A DNA stretch of 64,000 nucleotides from an uncultured Calditrichaceae bacterium (GTDB lineage Bacteria > Calditrichota > Calditrichia > RBG-13-44-9), in the NCBI GenBank assembly GCA_964624795.1, contig CAZUZS010000009.1, forward strand, positions 32,361-96,360, read 5' to 3'. Shown piece by piece: positions 8,921 through 21,155 of this stretch. How positions within the stretch are numbered: the first letter of the stretch is position 1; each line of letters starts with the position of its first letter. The notes below the pieces were generated by a model. That model was not told the origin of the DNA. It saw nothing but the letters and a program-made list of their open reading frames with translations, and did no database searches. Both the position numbers and the translations under genes were made by a program.

Positions 8921-10321
8921 ATGACAATTGCGCCAAAGAATATGGCAGTTATGGTCGGCGGAGGACCCGCCCCTGGTATCAACAGCGTCATTAGCGCGGC
9001 GACTATTCGCGCTATCCTGGAAGGTGTGGAAGTTATTGGAATCCAGGATGGTTTCAAATGGATAATGCGTGGCGATATTTCGCACACAAAACGGCTTACA
9101 ATCGAGAATGTCAGCCGCATCCATTTTCGCGGTGGTTCCTACATTGGAATTGCGCGCGACAATCCAACAAAAGATAAAAAGTATCTCGAAAATGTTGTTA
9201 CATCTTTGCTCCGGCTGAATGTGGACAAGCTGATTACGATTGGCGGAGATGATACCGCTTATAGCGCCATGAGGGTGGACGAATTGGCAGCCGAACGCAT
9301 CAGGGTGGTTCATGTGCCAAAAACTATCGATAACGATCTGGATTTGCCGCATGGCTTGTGCACCTTCGGTTTCCAGACCGCCCGTCACCTGGGAGTGAAC
9401 ATCGTCAAGAACCTGATGGTGGATGCGCAAACCACCTCCCGCTGGTATTTTGTAGTCTCCATGGGGCGTAAAGCGGGTCACCTGGCAATGGGAATCGGGA
9501 AAGCGGCAGGTGCCACGCTCTCGCTTATTCCGGAGGAATTCCCGGAGCCCCGAATCCGGTTGAGCAAACTCGTGGACATCCTGGTTGGCGCCATCATCAA
9601 ACGGCTCAGTTACGGCCGCCCGGATGGCATTGTTGTCATGGCGGAAGGGCTTGTGGAGCGCCTCGATCCGCAGGATCTGGAGGTTCTCCTGAACATCGAG
9701 CGCGATGCGCACAACAACATCCGGCTTGCTGAGGTCAATTTCGGCGAAATCCTGAAATACCATGTGCAGGAGGAGCTGAAAAAGTTCGGAATTAAAACAA
9801 CCATTGTGGCAAAAAATATCGGCTACGAACTGCGCTGCGCGGATCCTATTCCGTTTGATATGGAATACACCCGCGACCTTGGCTATTGCGCCGCACAATT
9901 TCTCCTGGATGGCGGAAATGAAGCCATGATTTCCATTCAGGAAGGTCGGTTTGTGCCGATGTATTTTACCGATATGCTGGATCCACAAACAAATCGCACC
10001 AAAGTCCGAATGGTAGATACCAATTCCGAATACTACCAGATTGCGCGTCGCTACATGCTACGACTCACCAAAGAGGATTTTGAGGATCCTCATGAGTTGG
10101 CGAAATACGCAGCCACTGCCGGGATCAGCCTGGATGATTTTAAGAAACGTTTTTACTACATCGCCGAATCCGATGTGTGGACCATGCCGGATTTGAACCC
10201 GGCGAAATTTCCGAAAAACAACAAAAAGACGGTCGCGGAATTAAAGGAACCTATTCCGGTGGGTGCAGAACAAGCAGAACCGGAAGAAAAGGGCAAACCG
10301 AAAAATAACAACAAAAAATAG
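8921..10321 (+). CDS. pfp: 6-phosphofructokinase, probably pyrophosphate-dependent (Pfp-type)
   Basis: GGAGG lies 8 nt before the ATG at 8921. Motifs are MAVMVGGGPAPGINSVI, TIGGDDTAYSA (GGDD, with Asp where ATP-PFKs have Gly) and PKTIDNDL. There is a Lys-rich C-terminal tail, ...EEKGKPKNNNKK. Confidence 0.85.
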   Translation: MTIAPKNMAVMVGGGPAPGINSVISAATIRAILEGVEVIGIQDGFKWIMRGDISHTKRLTIENVSRIHFRGGSYIGIARDNPTKDKKYLENVVTSLLRLNVDKLITIGGDDTAYSAMRVDELAAERIRVVHVPKTIDNDLDLPHGLCTFGFQTARHLGVNIVKNLMVDAQTTSRWYFVVSMGRKAGHLAMGIGKAAGATLSLIPEEFPEPRIRLSKLVDILVGAIIKRLSYGRPDGIVVMAEGLVERLDPQDLEVLLNIERDAHNNIRLAEVNFGEILKYHVQEELKKFGIKTTIVAKNIGYELRCADPIPFDMEYTRDLGYCAAQFLLDGGNEAMISIQEGRFVPMYFTDMLDPQTNRTKVRMVDTNSEYYQIARRYMLRLTKEDFEDPHELAKYAATAGISLDDFKKRFYYIAESDVWTMPDLNPAKFPKNNKKTVAELKEPIPVGAEQAEPEEKGKPKNNNKK

Positions 10322-10325
10322 TTTA

Positions 10326-10349
10326 CCGGACAGCAACCGGATTGTCCGG
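10326..10349 (+). terminator. Hairpin just after the pfk stop codon
   Basis: CCGGACA-(10 nt loop)-TGTCCGG is a perfect 7-bp stem followed by TATTTT. Confidence 0.45.
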
Positions 10350-10365
10350 TATTTTGCAATTCTTT

Positions 10366-10396
10366 AAAAGGGGCGATCGACGAATCGCCCTTTTTT
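10366..10396. terminator. Intrinsic, likely bidirectional terminator between convergent pfk and the lpt operon
   Basis: AAAAG-GGGCGAT-cgacga-ATCGCCC-TTTTTT is a perfect 7-bp GC-rich stem with a 6-nt loop. A T-tract follows on the + strand and an A-tract on the - strand. Confidence 0.7.
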
Positions 10397-10471
10397 ATGG
10401 GATTGTGGATTCTTTGGATTTTGATGGATTATCTTCTGAATGGAAGGCTCCGCCACCAATCCGTGCTGGAT

Positions 10472-11221
10472 TTACCGGTAAAGCCGGAATTTATCCCCCA
10501 AATACAATTTTCGTGCTTCGGGATCGTTGGCCAGGGCCTCGCTGTCGCCCTGTTTGAGAATTCGCCCCTCGAACAATAGATAAGCATGATCGGTGATGGA
10601 AAGCGTTTCGTGCACATTGTGGTCGGTAATCAGCACCCCGATATTCTTTGCTTTCAGGTTTATCACAATATTCTGAATATCCTGAACGGCAATCGGGTCC
10701 ACCCCGGCAAATGGTTCATCCAAGAGAATGAACTTGGGATCGGTCACCAGGGTGCGGGCGATTTCCGTGCGCCGTCGTTCTCCGCCGGAGAGATTGTATC
10801 CTTTATTTGCAGCGATGTGCGAAATTCCTAATTCGTCCATTAGCCTGGCCGCCCGGTTCTTGCGTTCGGCGCGTGAAAATCCCAAAACTTCCAGAATGGC
10901 AAGCAGATTATCCTCGACTGTGAGCTTTCTAAAAATGGAGGCTTCTTGCGGCAGGTAAGAGATTCCTCTCCGGGCACGTTTGTACATCGGCAGGCGTGTG
11001 ATATCGTCGTCATTCAGGAATATTTTCCCGGCATCCGGGCGGATAAGCCCGGTTATCATGTAGAAAGATGTGGTTTTGCCCGCCCCGTTCGGGCCCAGCA
11101 ATCCCACAATCTCCCCCTGCCTGACCCGCAGGCTGACTTCATCTACAACCCGGCGCTTGCCATAAATTTTGACCAGGTCTCTGGTATGTAAAACAGCTTG
11201 TTCCAGATTGCCGTCCGTCAT
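10472..11221 (-). CDS. lptB: LPS export ABC transporter ATP-binding protein LptB
   Basis: 249 aa. Walker [25 protein letters not shown] and Walker [12 protein letters not shown] are present. It has the LptB-typical length and lies downstream of lptC/lptA-like genes. Confidence 0.9.
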   Translation of the reverse strand: MTDGNLEQAVLHTRDLVKIYGKRRVVDEVSLRVRQGEIVGLLGPNGAGKTTSFYMITGLIRPDAGKIFLNDDDITRLPMYKRARRGISYLPQEASIFRKLTVEDNLLAILEVLGFSRAERKNRAARLMDELGISHIAANKGYNLSGGERRRTEIARTLVTDPKFILLDEPFAGVDPIAVQDIQNIVINLKAKNIGVLITDHNVHETLSITDHAYLLFEGRILKQGDSEALANDPEARKLYLGDKFRLYR

Positions 11222-11230
11222 GCTTTCAGT

Positions 11231-12367
11231 TCACTCCTGCAAAATCGGCCCTTTGTAGTCCTCGGGGTAATAAATGCCTTGCGACCCGCCAATCACAGCA
11301 ATACTGTCTAATTCATTATTCACGAAGAATGCTTTGATGGTATCCGCGGACGCAACGTTTATTCCACGGTTTTCCTGCTTCTCCTTCAGATAGTAGCGGC
11401 TGCGGGCATTTGAAATGGCCCGTATTTCACGCAATTTGCGGTTTGAAATATACATTACGATTTCACGGCCCTCCAACCGATTTTCCTTTTCAGTTGCCGA
11501 ATCCACCACCGAAATGGCTTCCGCACCGCCCTCTACCCTGATGCGATCGATTTGTCTTTCGTGCAAAATCAACTGCATCTGCTTTCCAAACAGCTCGCTG
11601 TTTTCCTGGGTTGCATGAGGCTGGCCCTCCAGATAAATGATATCCTCATCGAGCTGGTAAATCGCCGAATCGCAGGTGGCGTGCAGCGTTGCCTGATAAA
11701 TCCGTACCGAGTCCCTGGCCACCGCCCTGCGCGGCTCACCAAAATAATAATCCATTTTGTCGGAAAAAATATTTAGCGTATCGGTGGAACTGCTGTCGAC
11801 TCGCCAGAAGTGGGCGTTTTTTTCCACATAACTGTATTTTTCATCGGGGAGATACTCGCCCTCACGCCCGGTTATGGAAACCCGGTTTGGCGCATCATGT
11901 AAATAAAGGTGACCACTGGCCCGGATCTGATCGGTGCCGTAGTGGTACTCCAGGTAATCCGACCGCAGCCGCTGGCCTGGTCTTGAAACAAGCACATTCC
12001 CTTCCGAAACAGCAATTTTGGTTTTTTCGTGATATGTGATCTGGTTTGCCCAAAGGGTATCTTTGCCGCGAATGAGTTTGACATCGTCAAAAAGTGTAAT
12101 TTTATCCTCATCGCGATCGTACACGGCTCGATTACAGAAAAGCTGCAAACTGTCCTGACGCGCCTCAACATGGCCTTCAAGGACTTTCAGAGGTTTGCCG
12201 TCCTCAATAATGCCGCGGGAGACATCGGCGTGGAGAAGCTCCAGACGCGAGGCTCTTCTGGCGGCGCCGCTGTCCTGCAGCAAAGCACCCGTGGCGGCCG
12301 TTGCAGCCACCAAAAAAATAATGAAACTGTAAATCCCGGTTGGGGTGGAGTGAGGGGTATCCGTCAT
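11231..12367 (-). CDS. lptA: OstA/LptA-family periplasmic LPS transport protein (unusually long, 378 aa)
   Basis: It has an N-terminal signal/TM segment. An OstA-like beta-jellyroll segment reads LQLFCNRAVYDRDEDKITLFDDVKLIRGKDTLWANQITYHEKTKIAVSEGNVLV. It sits between lptC and lptB with a 4-bp overlap with lptC. Confidence 0.65.
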   Translation of the reverse strand: MTDTPHSTPTGIYSFIIFLVAATAATGALLQDSGAARRASRLELLHADVSRGIIEDGKPLKVLEGHVEARQDSLQLFCNRAVYDRDEDKITLFDDVKLIRGKDTLWANQITYHEKTKIAVSEGNVLVSRPGQRLRSDYLEYHYGTDQIRASGHLYLHDAPNRVSITGREGEYLPDEKYSYVEKNAHFWRVDSSSTDTLNIFSDKMDYYFGEPRRAVARDSVRIYQATLHATCDSAIYQLDEDIIYLEGQPHATQENSELFGKQMQLILHERQIDRIRVEGGAEAISVVDSATEKENRLEGREIVMYISNRKLREIRAISNARSRYYLKEKQENRGINVASADTIKAFFVNNELDSIAVIGGSQGIYYPEDYKGPILQE

Positions 12368-12927
12368 TTTTGCATTGGAATTTTTCGGCGTGAATAACCC
12401 CGTGCATTTCGGATTTCATAATTCTTTAGATCCGGATCGGATACAAAGGAGTCGCCAATAATGGTGTCCTCGCTGGTGGTAAAACGCACCGGAACATCGC
12501 TAACGATTTTCTGGCGCTGGTTGTCCCAACTCAACTGATCGGATTGCAGAATAATTCCACTGTCGGAAACTACCACCACATGCCCCATGGCCTTCAGGTC
12601 ATTGGTTTCGCTGTAAACAACGCCGCTGTCAGCGGTAAGCACCGAATTATGCTTTCCTTCCCTGTCGTAGAAATCCACATGAATGCTGTCTTTCAGATCG
12701 GCAATCTTCTTTTCGGAGTAAACGGCGATATATCCCGCCCAAACATTGGCAATCCGCCGCCCCTCGTTAGTAATCGAAATTTTTGATTTCCAGAGTTCCT
12801 GGTCCGGGTAAGTACTCTTATTTGGGGTATTGGTCGGCTGATCTTCCTCAAGCTTGCTGCACCCGAAGAGAAGTGAGAGCAAAATCAGCAATACAATTAA
12901 TATTCTATTCTTCATTCTTTTATTCAT
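12364..12927 (-). CDS. lptC: LPS export system protein LptC
   Basis: 187 aa with an N-terminal membrane anchor MNKRMKNRILIVLLILLSLLFGC. The LptC-like beta-jellyroll is VWAGYIAVYSEKK...VHVDFYDREGKHNSVLTADSGVVYSETNDLKAMGHVVV. It lies immediately upstream of lptA/lptB. Confidence 0.7.
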   Translation of the reverse strand: MNKRMKNRILIVLLILLSLLFGCSKLEEDQPTNTPNKSTYPDQELWKSKISITNEGRRIANVWAGYIAVYSEKKIADLKDSIHVDFYDREGKHNSVLTADSGVVYSETNDLKAMGHVVVVSDSGIILQSDQLSWDNQRQKIVSDVPVRFTTSEDTIIGDSFVSDPDLKNYEIRNARGYSRRKIPMQK

Positions 12928-13046
12928 CGGCTGCTTTTTTTATAAATGAATCCGGATAAATTTTACATTAAGCAATTTATAGCGAAATTCCCAGGAATAG
13001 TTTCAGCAAAAAAAGAAAAGTCATCAACTACGCCTGGCCTGCCGGT

Positions 13047-14030
13047 TCAGGCGATGCCGGCCCGCATGATGTCGTGAAGGTGAATGACGCCCACAAGTCT
13101 GTCTTGCTCGTCAACTACCGGCATCGCGATAATCCGGAATTCCTCCATTTTTTTATATGCCGTGTACGCCAGGGTATTGAGCGGAATTGTCTTCGGATTT
13201 TGATTCATGACTTCCGATACGGGAATATTGAAAAAATGCTCGGTGCGTTCCACCAACCGGTTCAGATCCCCGGTAGTAATCACACCCAGTATGCGTGTTG
13301 CATCGTCAACAACCATGCAGATGCCCCTTTTGGACGCCATTTGCAAAACAGCCTCTTTCATTTTTGCATCGCTGGAAACATACGGCAGCAGGTTCCCGGA
13401 TTCCATGATATCATCAACTTTTAGCAACAATCTTTTGCCCAGGCTGCCGGCCGGATGCAGAAAGGCAAAATCTTCGCGGCCAAAATGCCTCTTTTCCAAC
13501 AGCGCGATGGCCAGTGCGTCTCCCAAAACCGCCATTGCAGTGGTGCTGGAGGTTGGCGCTAAATCGTGCGGACAGGCCTCCTCCCGCACACCCAGGTTTA
13601 AAACCACATCGCTGTGTTTGGCAAGAACGGAATCAAGGTTCGATGTGATGGAAATAATCGGCACCCCTAATTTCCGGAATACCGGCAGCAGATAATTTAA
13701 TTCATCTGTGTTGCCGCTTTTTGACAGGCAGATAACAACATCATCTTTGTGCATGATACCGAGATCGCCGTGAATACCCTCGGAGGCGTGCAGGAAGTAC
13801 GAGGCTGTGCCGGTAGATGCCAGGGTAGCGGCAATCTTGCGCCCAATTGCCCCCGACTTCCCCAGCCCGGTCACAATCACCCGACCGGTACGGGTAAGAA
13901 TCAATTCTACCGCCTTTTTGAAATTACCATTGATCGAGGCTCTCAGTTTCTTCAGTGCTTCCACTTCCTGATCCACGACCCGGTAAGCAATATCCATAAT
14001 TTCATTATCGTTTTCGATTTCCATAATCAA
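13047..14030 (-). CDS. kdsD: Arabinose-5-phosphate isomerase (SIS domain plus tandem CBS), KdsD/GutQ family
   Basis: The SIS motif is GRVIVTGLGKSGAIGRKIAATLASTGT. A C-terminal CBS pair is present. It is adjacent to kdsC and kdsA. Confidence 0.9.
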   Translation of the reverse strand: MIMEIENDNEIMDIAYRVVDQEVEALKKLRASINGNFKKAVELILTRTGRVIVTGLGKSGAIGRKIAATLASTGTASYFLHASEGIHGDLGIMHKDDVVICLSKSGNTDELNYLLPVFRKLGVPIISITSNLDSVLAKHSDVVLNLGVREEACPHDLAPTSSTTAMAVLGDALAIALLEKRHFGREDFAFLHPAGSLGKRLLLKVDDIMESGNLLPYVSSDAKMKEAVLQMASKRGICMVVDDATRILGVITTGDLNRLVERTEHFFNIPVSEVMNQNPKTIPLNTLAYTAYKKMEEFRIIAMPVVDEQDRLVGVIHLHDIMRAGIA

Positions 14031-14154
14031 AACCTTCCGGGAAATTCCGGCATTTCATTTTTCAGCGCGCCCGACGGCGCATTCAGGAAAAGACTTCAAT
14101 AGCCTGGCTAAGCATTTATGATATCCTGGCCTTCCGGCCATGACCAGGGGTTGG

Positions 14155-14703
14155 CTACTCCCAGATTTTCCGCACAGCGGTTTCCATCGAACCCTGCGCG
14201 TCCAAAATTAGTTCGATCACTTCGCGTACTGCGCCCCGTCCGCCCGGCCTGCGGGTGATATAATGCGCAGCTTCTTTTGTGGGCGCGGTGGCGTTGCGAA
14301 CCGCCACTGCCAATCCGACTTCGCGCAGGACGGGAATATCCGGCAGGTCGTCCCCAATAAAGCAGAAATTTTCGGAAGCCAGTTTAAGCTTTTCCTTCAA
14401 TTCGACAAAGGCAGGCAGTTTCTTATCCTGCCCCAGGTAAAGATAATCCATCCTGATCTCCGTGGCACGTTTCCGGATAGTCCCACTTTCACGGGCAGAG
14501 ATAATTCCTGTCTTAAGACCGGCTGCTTTTGCCAATTTTATACCCTGTCCATCGTGCGCATCAAAATGTTTTATCTCCAACCCGTTGCTATCATAGACGA
14601 TCATGCCCATTGTCATCACGCCGTCTACATCCATCAGAACGACTTTAATCTTTCTTGCGCGTTCCACTATTTCCGCAGTTACTCTTCCATTCATCATTGG
14701 CAA
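14155..14703 (-). CDS. kdsC: 3-deoxy-D-manno-octulosonate 8-phosphate phosphatase (HAD), KdsC
   Basis: The HAD motif I is VVLMDVDGVMT and the C-terminal motif is FIGDDLPDIPVLREVGLAVAV. ~180 aa. Confidence 0.85.
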   Translation of the reverse strand: MPMMNGRVTAEIVERARKIKVVLMDVDGVMTMGMIVYDSNGLEIKHFDAHDGQGIKLAKAAGLKTGIISARESGTIRKRATEIRMDYLYLGQDKKLPAFVELKEKLKLASENFCFIGDDLPDIPVLREVGLAVAVRNATAPTKEAAHYITRRPGGRGAVREVIELILDAQGSMETAVRKIWE

Positions 14704-14726
14704 CTCAACTCTTCCGTTTTCCCTGG

Positions 14727-15569
14727 TCAGTTTTTGATCATATTTCCATTTAGGGGCGTGTGTACCATTTCATACACCGCCAGCAGTTTTTCGACGACTT
14801 CCCGAAATTTGGCAAGGGGGAGCTGCGAGGCAGCATCGCTCAGCGCCTTCGTCGGGTCGGGATGCACCTCCATGAAAATCGCGCTTACCGCACCGGTTGC
14901 CAGCGCTGCCCGGGCCAGCGGCAATATGAACTGCGGTTGGCCGCCGCTCTGATTTCCCATTCCACCAGGCAACTGTACGCTGTGGGTTGCATCGTACACC
15001 ACCGGATACCCGGTCTGCTGCATGATGACCAGGCCGCGCATGTCAACAACCAGGTTGCGGTAACCAAAAGTCGTTCCCCGCTCGGTGAGAAGGATATGGG
15101 AATTTCCCGTGCTTTCCACCTTCTCAGCCGCTTTTGCCATATCCTCGGGAGCCAGAAACTGCCCCTTCTTGATGTTTACTACCTTTCCGGTTCTTCCTGC
15201 GGCAACCAGCAGATCGGTCTGGCGGCAGAGAAAGGCCGGTATCTGCAGCACATCGGCCACTTCAGCTACTATCGGGACTTCCAGCTCGTTATGGACATCC
15301 GTCAGCAGTGGCAGCCCGGTTTCTTCTTTCATTATTTTGAATATTCGCAGCGCATCCGCAAAATCCAGCCCTTCAAAACCGCTGAGAGCCGTTCTGTTCG
15401 CTTTGCGAAAAGATGATTTGAAGATGAGCTGAAGCGGCAGATCTTCTGTTTCCTGTTTTAGCCTGGCGGCGGTTTCCAGGATCAGTTTTTCACTCTCCGC
15501 CACACAGGGACCGGCAATTATCGTCAGCATTTCACCGGCGCCGATTTTAAGTTTATCTAATTTAACCAT
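14727..15569 (-). CDS. kdsA: 2-dehydro-3-deoxyphosphooctonate aldolase (Kdo8P synthase)
   Basis: LTIIAGPCVAESEKL is present, with the DAHP/KDO8P synthase fold pattern. 280 aa. Confidence 0.9.
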   Translation of the reverse strand: MVKLDKLKIGAGEMLTIIAGPCVAESEKLILETAARLKQETEDLPLQLIFKSSFRKANRTALSGFEGLDFADALRIFKIMKEETGLPLLTDVHNELEVPIVAEVADVLQIPAFLCRQTDLLVAAGRTGKVVNIKKGQFLAPEDMAKAAEKVESTGNSHILLTERGTTFGYRNLVVDMRGLVIMQQTGYPVVYDATHSVQLPGGMGNQSGGQPQFILPLARAALATGAVSAIFMEVHPDPTKALSDAASQLPLAKFREVVEKLLAVYEMVHTPLNGNMIKN

Positions 15570-15718
15570 AAGAATTTATATCCAAATTTTTTGGCAGCTT
15601 TCCGATTCTTTTTTCTCGATAGGAATTGTGCCGACGCTCAGATTCGTGTCGATAAAGTTTGCAGCTCATATATGCAGCACCAATTCAGGCAGTATTTTCA
15701 TTAAATCGGTTTTGGACC

Positions 15719-16093
15719 TTATTCTTTGCCTTCGCGCAAAATTCGCTCCCTTACCGTTTCCTGAGTCAATCGCTGTTCCTGGTAATCCTGGTACCAATTT
15801 GCGAGGTCCTGCTCCGTCCACTTTTTTGGCAACAGAAATTTTAGGATGTCTCCGGTTGGTGGTAAGAAATCATTTGCGAACTCACACCATCTTAACTCAT
15901 TCTCGCACAAAACACAGAAATATGCTTTTTCCGATCCTTCTGTTTCCAGCACTGTACCGCCGGAGCTGCAAAAGTCGCAGATATGGTCACTGAAAACATA
16001 GCGCATGCCATCCGGAAGAGCAAAAACATCTTCCGCCGGATTCACGCTGACAAAGTCAATCTCCGAAAAATCTTTGATCTCATAAACTGCCAC
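15719..16093 (-). CDS. Small hypothetical protein with a CxxC...CxxC zinc-ribbon-like motif
   Basis: 124 aa. CDFCSSGG and CVLCENE are 17 aa apart. It is wedged between pyrG (27 bp upstream) and kdsA inside the same-strand operon. Confidence 0.5.
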   Translation of the reverse strand: MAVYEIKDFSEIDFVSVNPAEDVFALPDGMRYVFSDHICDFCSSGGTVLETEGSEKAYFCVLCENELRWCEFANDFLPPTGDILKFLLPKKWTEQDLANWYQDYQEQRLTQETVRERILREGKE

Positions 16094-16120
16094 TATAACT
16101 ATCCTTCTCTCGCTTCCTTA

Positions 16121-18492
<2,372 letters not shown>

Positions 18493-18734
18493 CAGGCAAA
18501 TCCCCCGGCAAGGGCACAGCATTTTCTTGTGTTCGGGCAATTATACCAAGCCATTTCCACACGGTCGATATCCATTTGCCGCCTATATCTTTTCAGATTT
18601 TTCAAAATTTCGATCTTCATAAATATTACGACCACCCGCGTTAATTTTATGAATCGCTCGGAATTCCGCCGCGTCCTCTGCCAAACCAATATGTTTAACC
18701 GCCTTCCGCACAGTGAAAGCAGATGTGTGGATTC

Positions 18735-19172
18735 TTATTGAAATTCCTTTTTAAAAAACAGGAATATCCCCGAACGGGGATTGAGTGCCTTATTCTCTGC
18801 CTCACAACGGATAAACCAGTTCTTCTTCAATTGAAGATCCAACCGTGCAGTAAACGATTGACGGCTAAGGGTAATTGGCTGCTCATATTGCAGGTGAACA
18901 CGATTATTATAAAAGTCTCTCCAATATCGCAGATTCCTTCGGGAAATATCGAATTCACCGATCTCATCCAGGTAAGCCTTAATGCTCTCCCGATAATACC
19001 CGGTTAGCACAGAATCCAGCTTTTGAACCCGGTATGTAAGATTTTGGCCGGCCGATACAAACGGTTTCATAGAGACCTGTGCCGGGCTAAAATAAAGAAA
19101 TACCATAATAAAAACAACCGCGAAAACAGATGACCGCTTCCACAAAACAACCGACATTTGAAGTTTTTTCAA
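18735..19172 (-). CDS. Hypothetical signal-anchored/secreted protein
   Basis: 145 aa with the hydrophobic N-terminus VFAVVFIMVFLYF. It sits between the Omp85 gene and kdsB on the same strand. Confidence 0.4.
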   Translation of the reverse strand: MKKLQMSVVLWKRSSVFAVVFIMVFLYFSPAQVSMKPFVSAGQNLTYRVQKLDSVLTGYYRESIKAYLDEIGEFDISRRNLRYWRDFYNNRVHLQYEQPITLSRQSFTARLDLQLKKNWFIRCEAENKALNPRSGIFLFFKKEFQ

Positions 19173-19196
19173 AATGAAAATCCTCGAGCCAAAAAG

Positions 19197-20733
19197 TTAA
19201 AAGTGCTGCCCGTATCCGAAATGAATCCATCCCGGATTCTGAACGGTAAACTGGTTAATTTTGAAGCCGAGATCCAAAGCGAAAAGATTTCCCCTCCAGC
19301 GGTAGCGCAGCCCCGGGCCTGCGCTAAACACTAATTTGTTAAGCTTAATCTCCTGAATATCATTACATAATTGTCCACTGTCCAGGAAGAGGATCAGTTG
19401 CCAGCGGCTTGTTAGCCAGCGTCTGATCTCCATCGAATTATAAAGCATCACCAATCCGCCGGTAAACTTTCCTTCGTTATTGCGGGGACCCAAACGGTTG
19501 TTCCGGTAGCCGCGGAGATTGTGCGAACCACCCAGGAGAAAGCGCTGATAATCCGGCACCTGGTCTGTTTCAGCAAATCCTTCCAGCCAGCCGCCCTGTG
19601 AATGGAGCGCCAAAACGGTTTTCGCCCCCAAGGGAAAATAAAAAGTGGAACCCATTGTTATTCGGTGGAAATTATTGCTGCCGCCCAAAAATCCGCCGTT
19701 GTATTGGTACATCATCTCCGCTCTGACGCCGCGAGCCGGATTCAGCATGGAATGCACATTATTGTATGACAGTCGCCACCGCAGTTGCCGGTTTTGATCT
19801 ACCCTGTCCCGAATGGCGCTGTTATTCACCACAGTGTTCGTCACCTTGTACAACCATACCCGGTCGAATGCGACACCAAAACCGGCGCTCAGATTTTCCA
19901 TCAACATAAGACGCCAGGTGCTTTCCAGTGACATCTTTCGGAAACTAAACGACACATAAGTCGGGTGGTCTGTTTCGAACCCCAGGTCGTTGGACCACTG
20001 CAAGTTTTTCCAAATGAAAATGGGGTCCAGGTAATTCAGGTGCAACCGGTAATGCTTCAGGAAAAGGTGAGAGGTATAGAAGAAGGATACAAAACCATCC
20101 ATACGGATCATTTCACCAGCCCGGCGGAAATGGCGGTGACCGAATTCAGATATGAATTTAACGCCGTCCTCAGTGTCCAACCCAAAGCCACTCCCCAGGA
20201 AATATGGTTTTCGTTCTTTCACCACGAGCTGCAAATTGACCCGTTTACTGCTCATATCAAAACCTTCCACCGAAAACATGACAGAGTCAAACATGGCAGT
20301 GCCATTGAGCTGTTCCTGGAATTCAAGGATTGTGGATCGGGAAAGCGGCCTTTCCTTGTCAACCTGCAAATACTTCCTGATGAATTCGGGCCGGTTATAT
20401 TGCAGACCAATGATATCTATTTTGCCGAGATAAAAGCGATCATCTTCCCGGATTGTAAAAACGGCTGAATCGGCTCCGTTCGAAATGTGGACCAACCGGG
20501 AATCAACCTCGGCCAGCAGGAATCCTTTATCCTCATAAAAATTAAGCAGGATTTCCTGCGCCCTCGACACGTCTGCCGGCTTGGCTGTCGAAAAAGTCAG
20601 AAAGAGAATTTCCCGGGTTAGCTGGTTGTTACTGAAGGTCTTATTTCCAACAAACTTTATGTTGTATTGTGCTTCAACCTTGCCCAAACTGAGAAAGATC
20701 AACAGAATAACAGCAATTAATAAATTTTTCATC
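19197..20733 (-). CDS. Omp85-family outer membrane protein (POTRA plus surface-antigen beta-barrel; BamA/TamA-like)
   Basis: Signal peptide MKNLLIAVILLIFLSLGKVEA. The POTRA-like segment is YNIKFVGNKTFSNNQLTREIL...GFLLAEVD. A C-terminal barrel ends in the aromatic residue ...HFGYGQHF. Confidence 0.8.
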
Positions 20734-21155
20734 GGGCTTAAATTTATCATTTTAGCTTTCTTATTGCAAGCCGGGGAGAAGAATTCCGCTTCACGATAAT
20801 CCTCCAAAAATGGCAGAGATTGCACATTCGAATTTTCCATAACCTGTAGATTCTGTAATGAAATTGTAGCGAGTTGGTTTCACCCATGCCAAGATTCTTT
20901 CTCTTGGCTTCCAATAAATGCTTAGTTTCAGGTGACACGTAACGTTACAGGAGAAAATGCCTTACTTACTTAGTATTTTCAGGATGCGAGAAAATAGAGT
21001 CAAGCTGGAACCAAAATTCAACTTGGCATGTTCATTCCAACCGGGAGGCGGCAGGTTGAACAATTTTCAGTGATTCCAGGTATCAGGACAAATGTTTCTT
21101 TGGTGGACAAAAATTAGAAGCAAATATCATTTACGCCAAAAACAGGTTATGTATT

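Noticed and set aside
8891-9988. 365-aa minus-strand ORF
   Set aside because: It is antisense to the strongly supported phosphofructokinase gene. It has no recognisable domain and is a shadow ORF.
14263-15416. Plus-strand ORFs of 229 and 218 aa
   Set aside because: They are antisense to kdsC and kdsA, which have unambiguous enzyme motifs.
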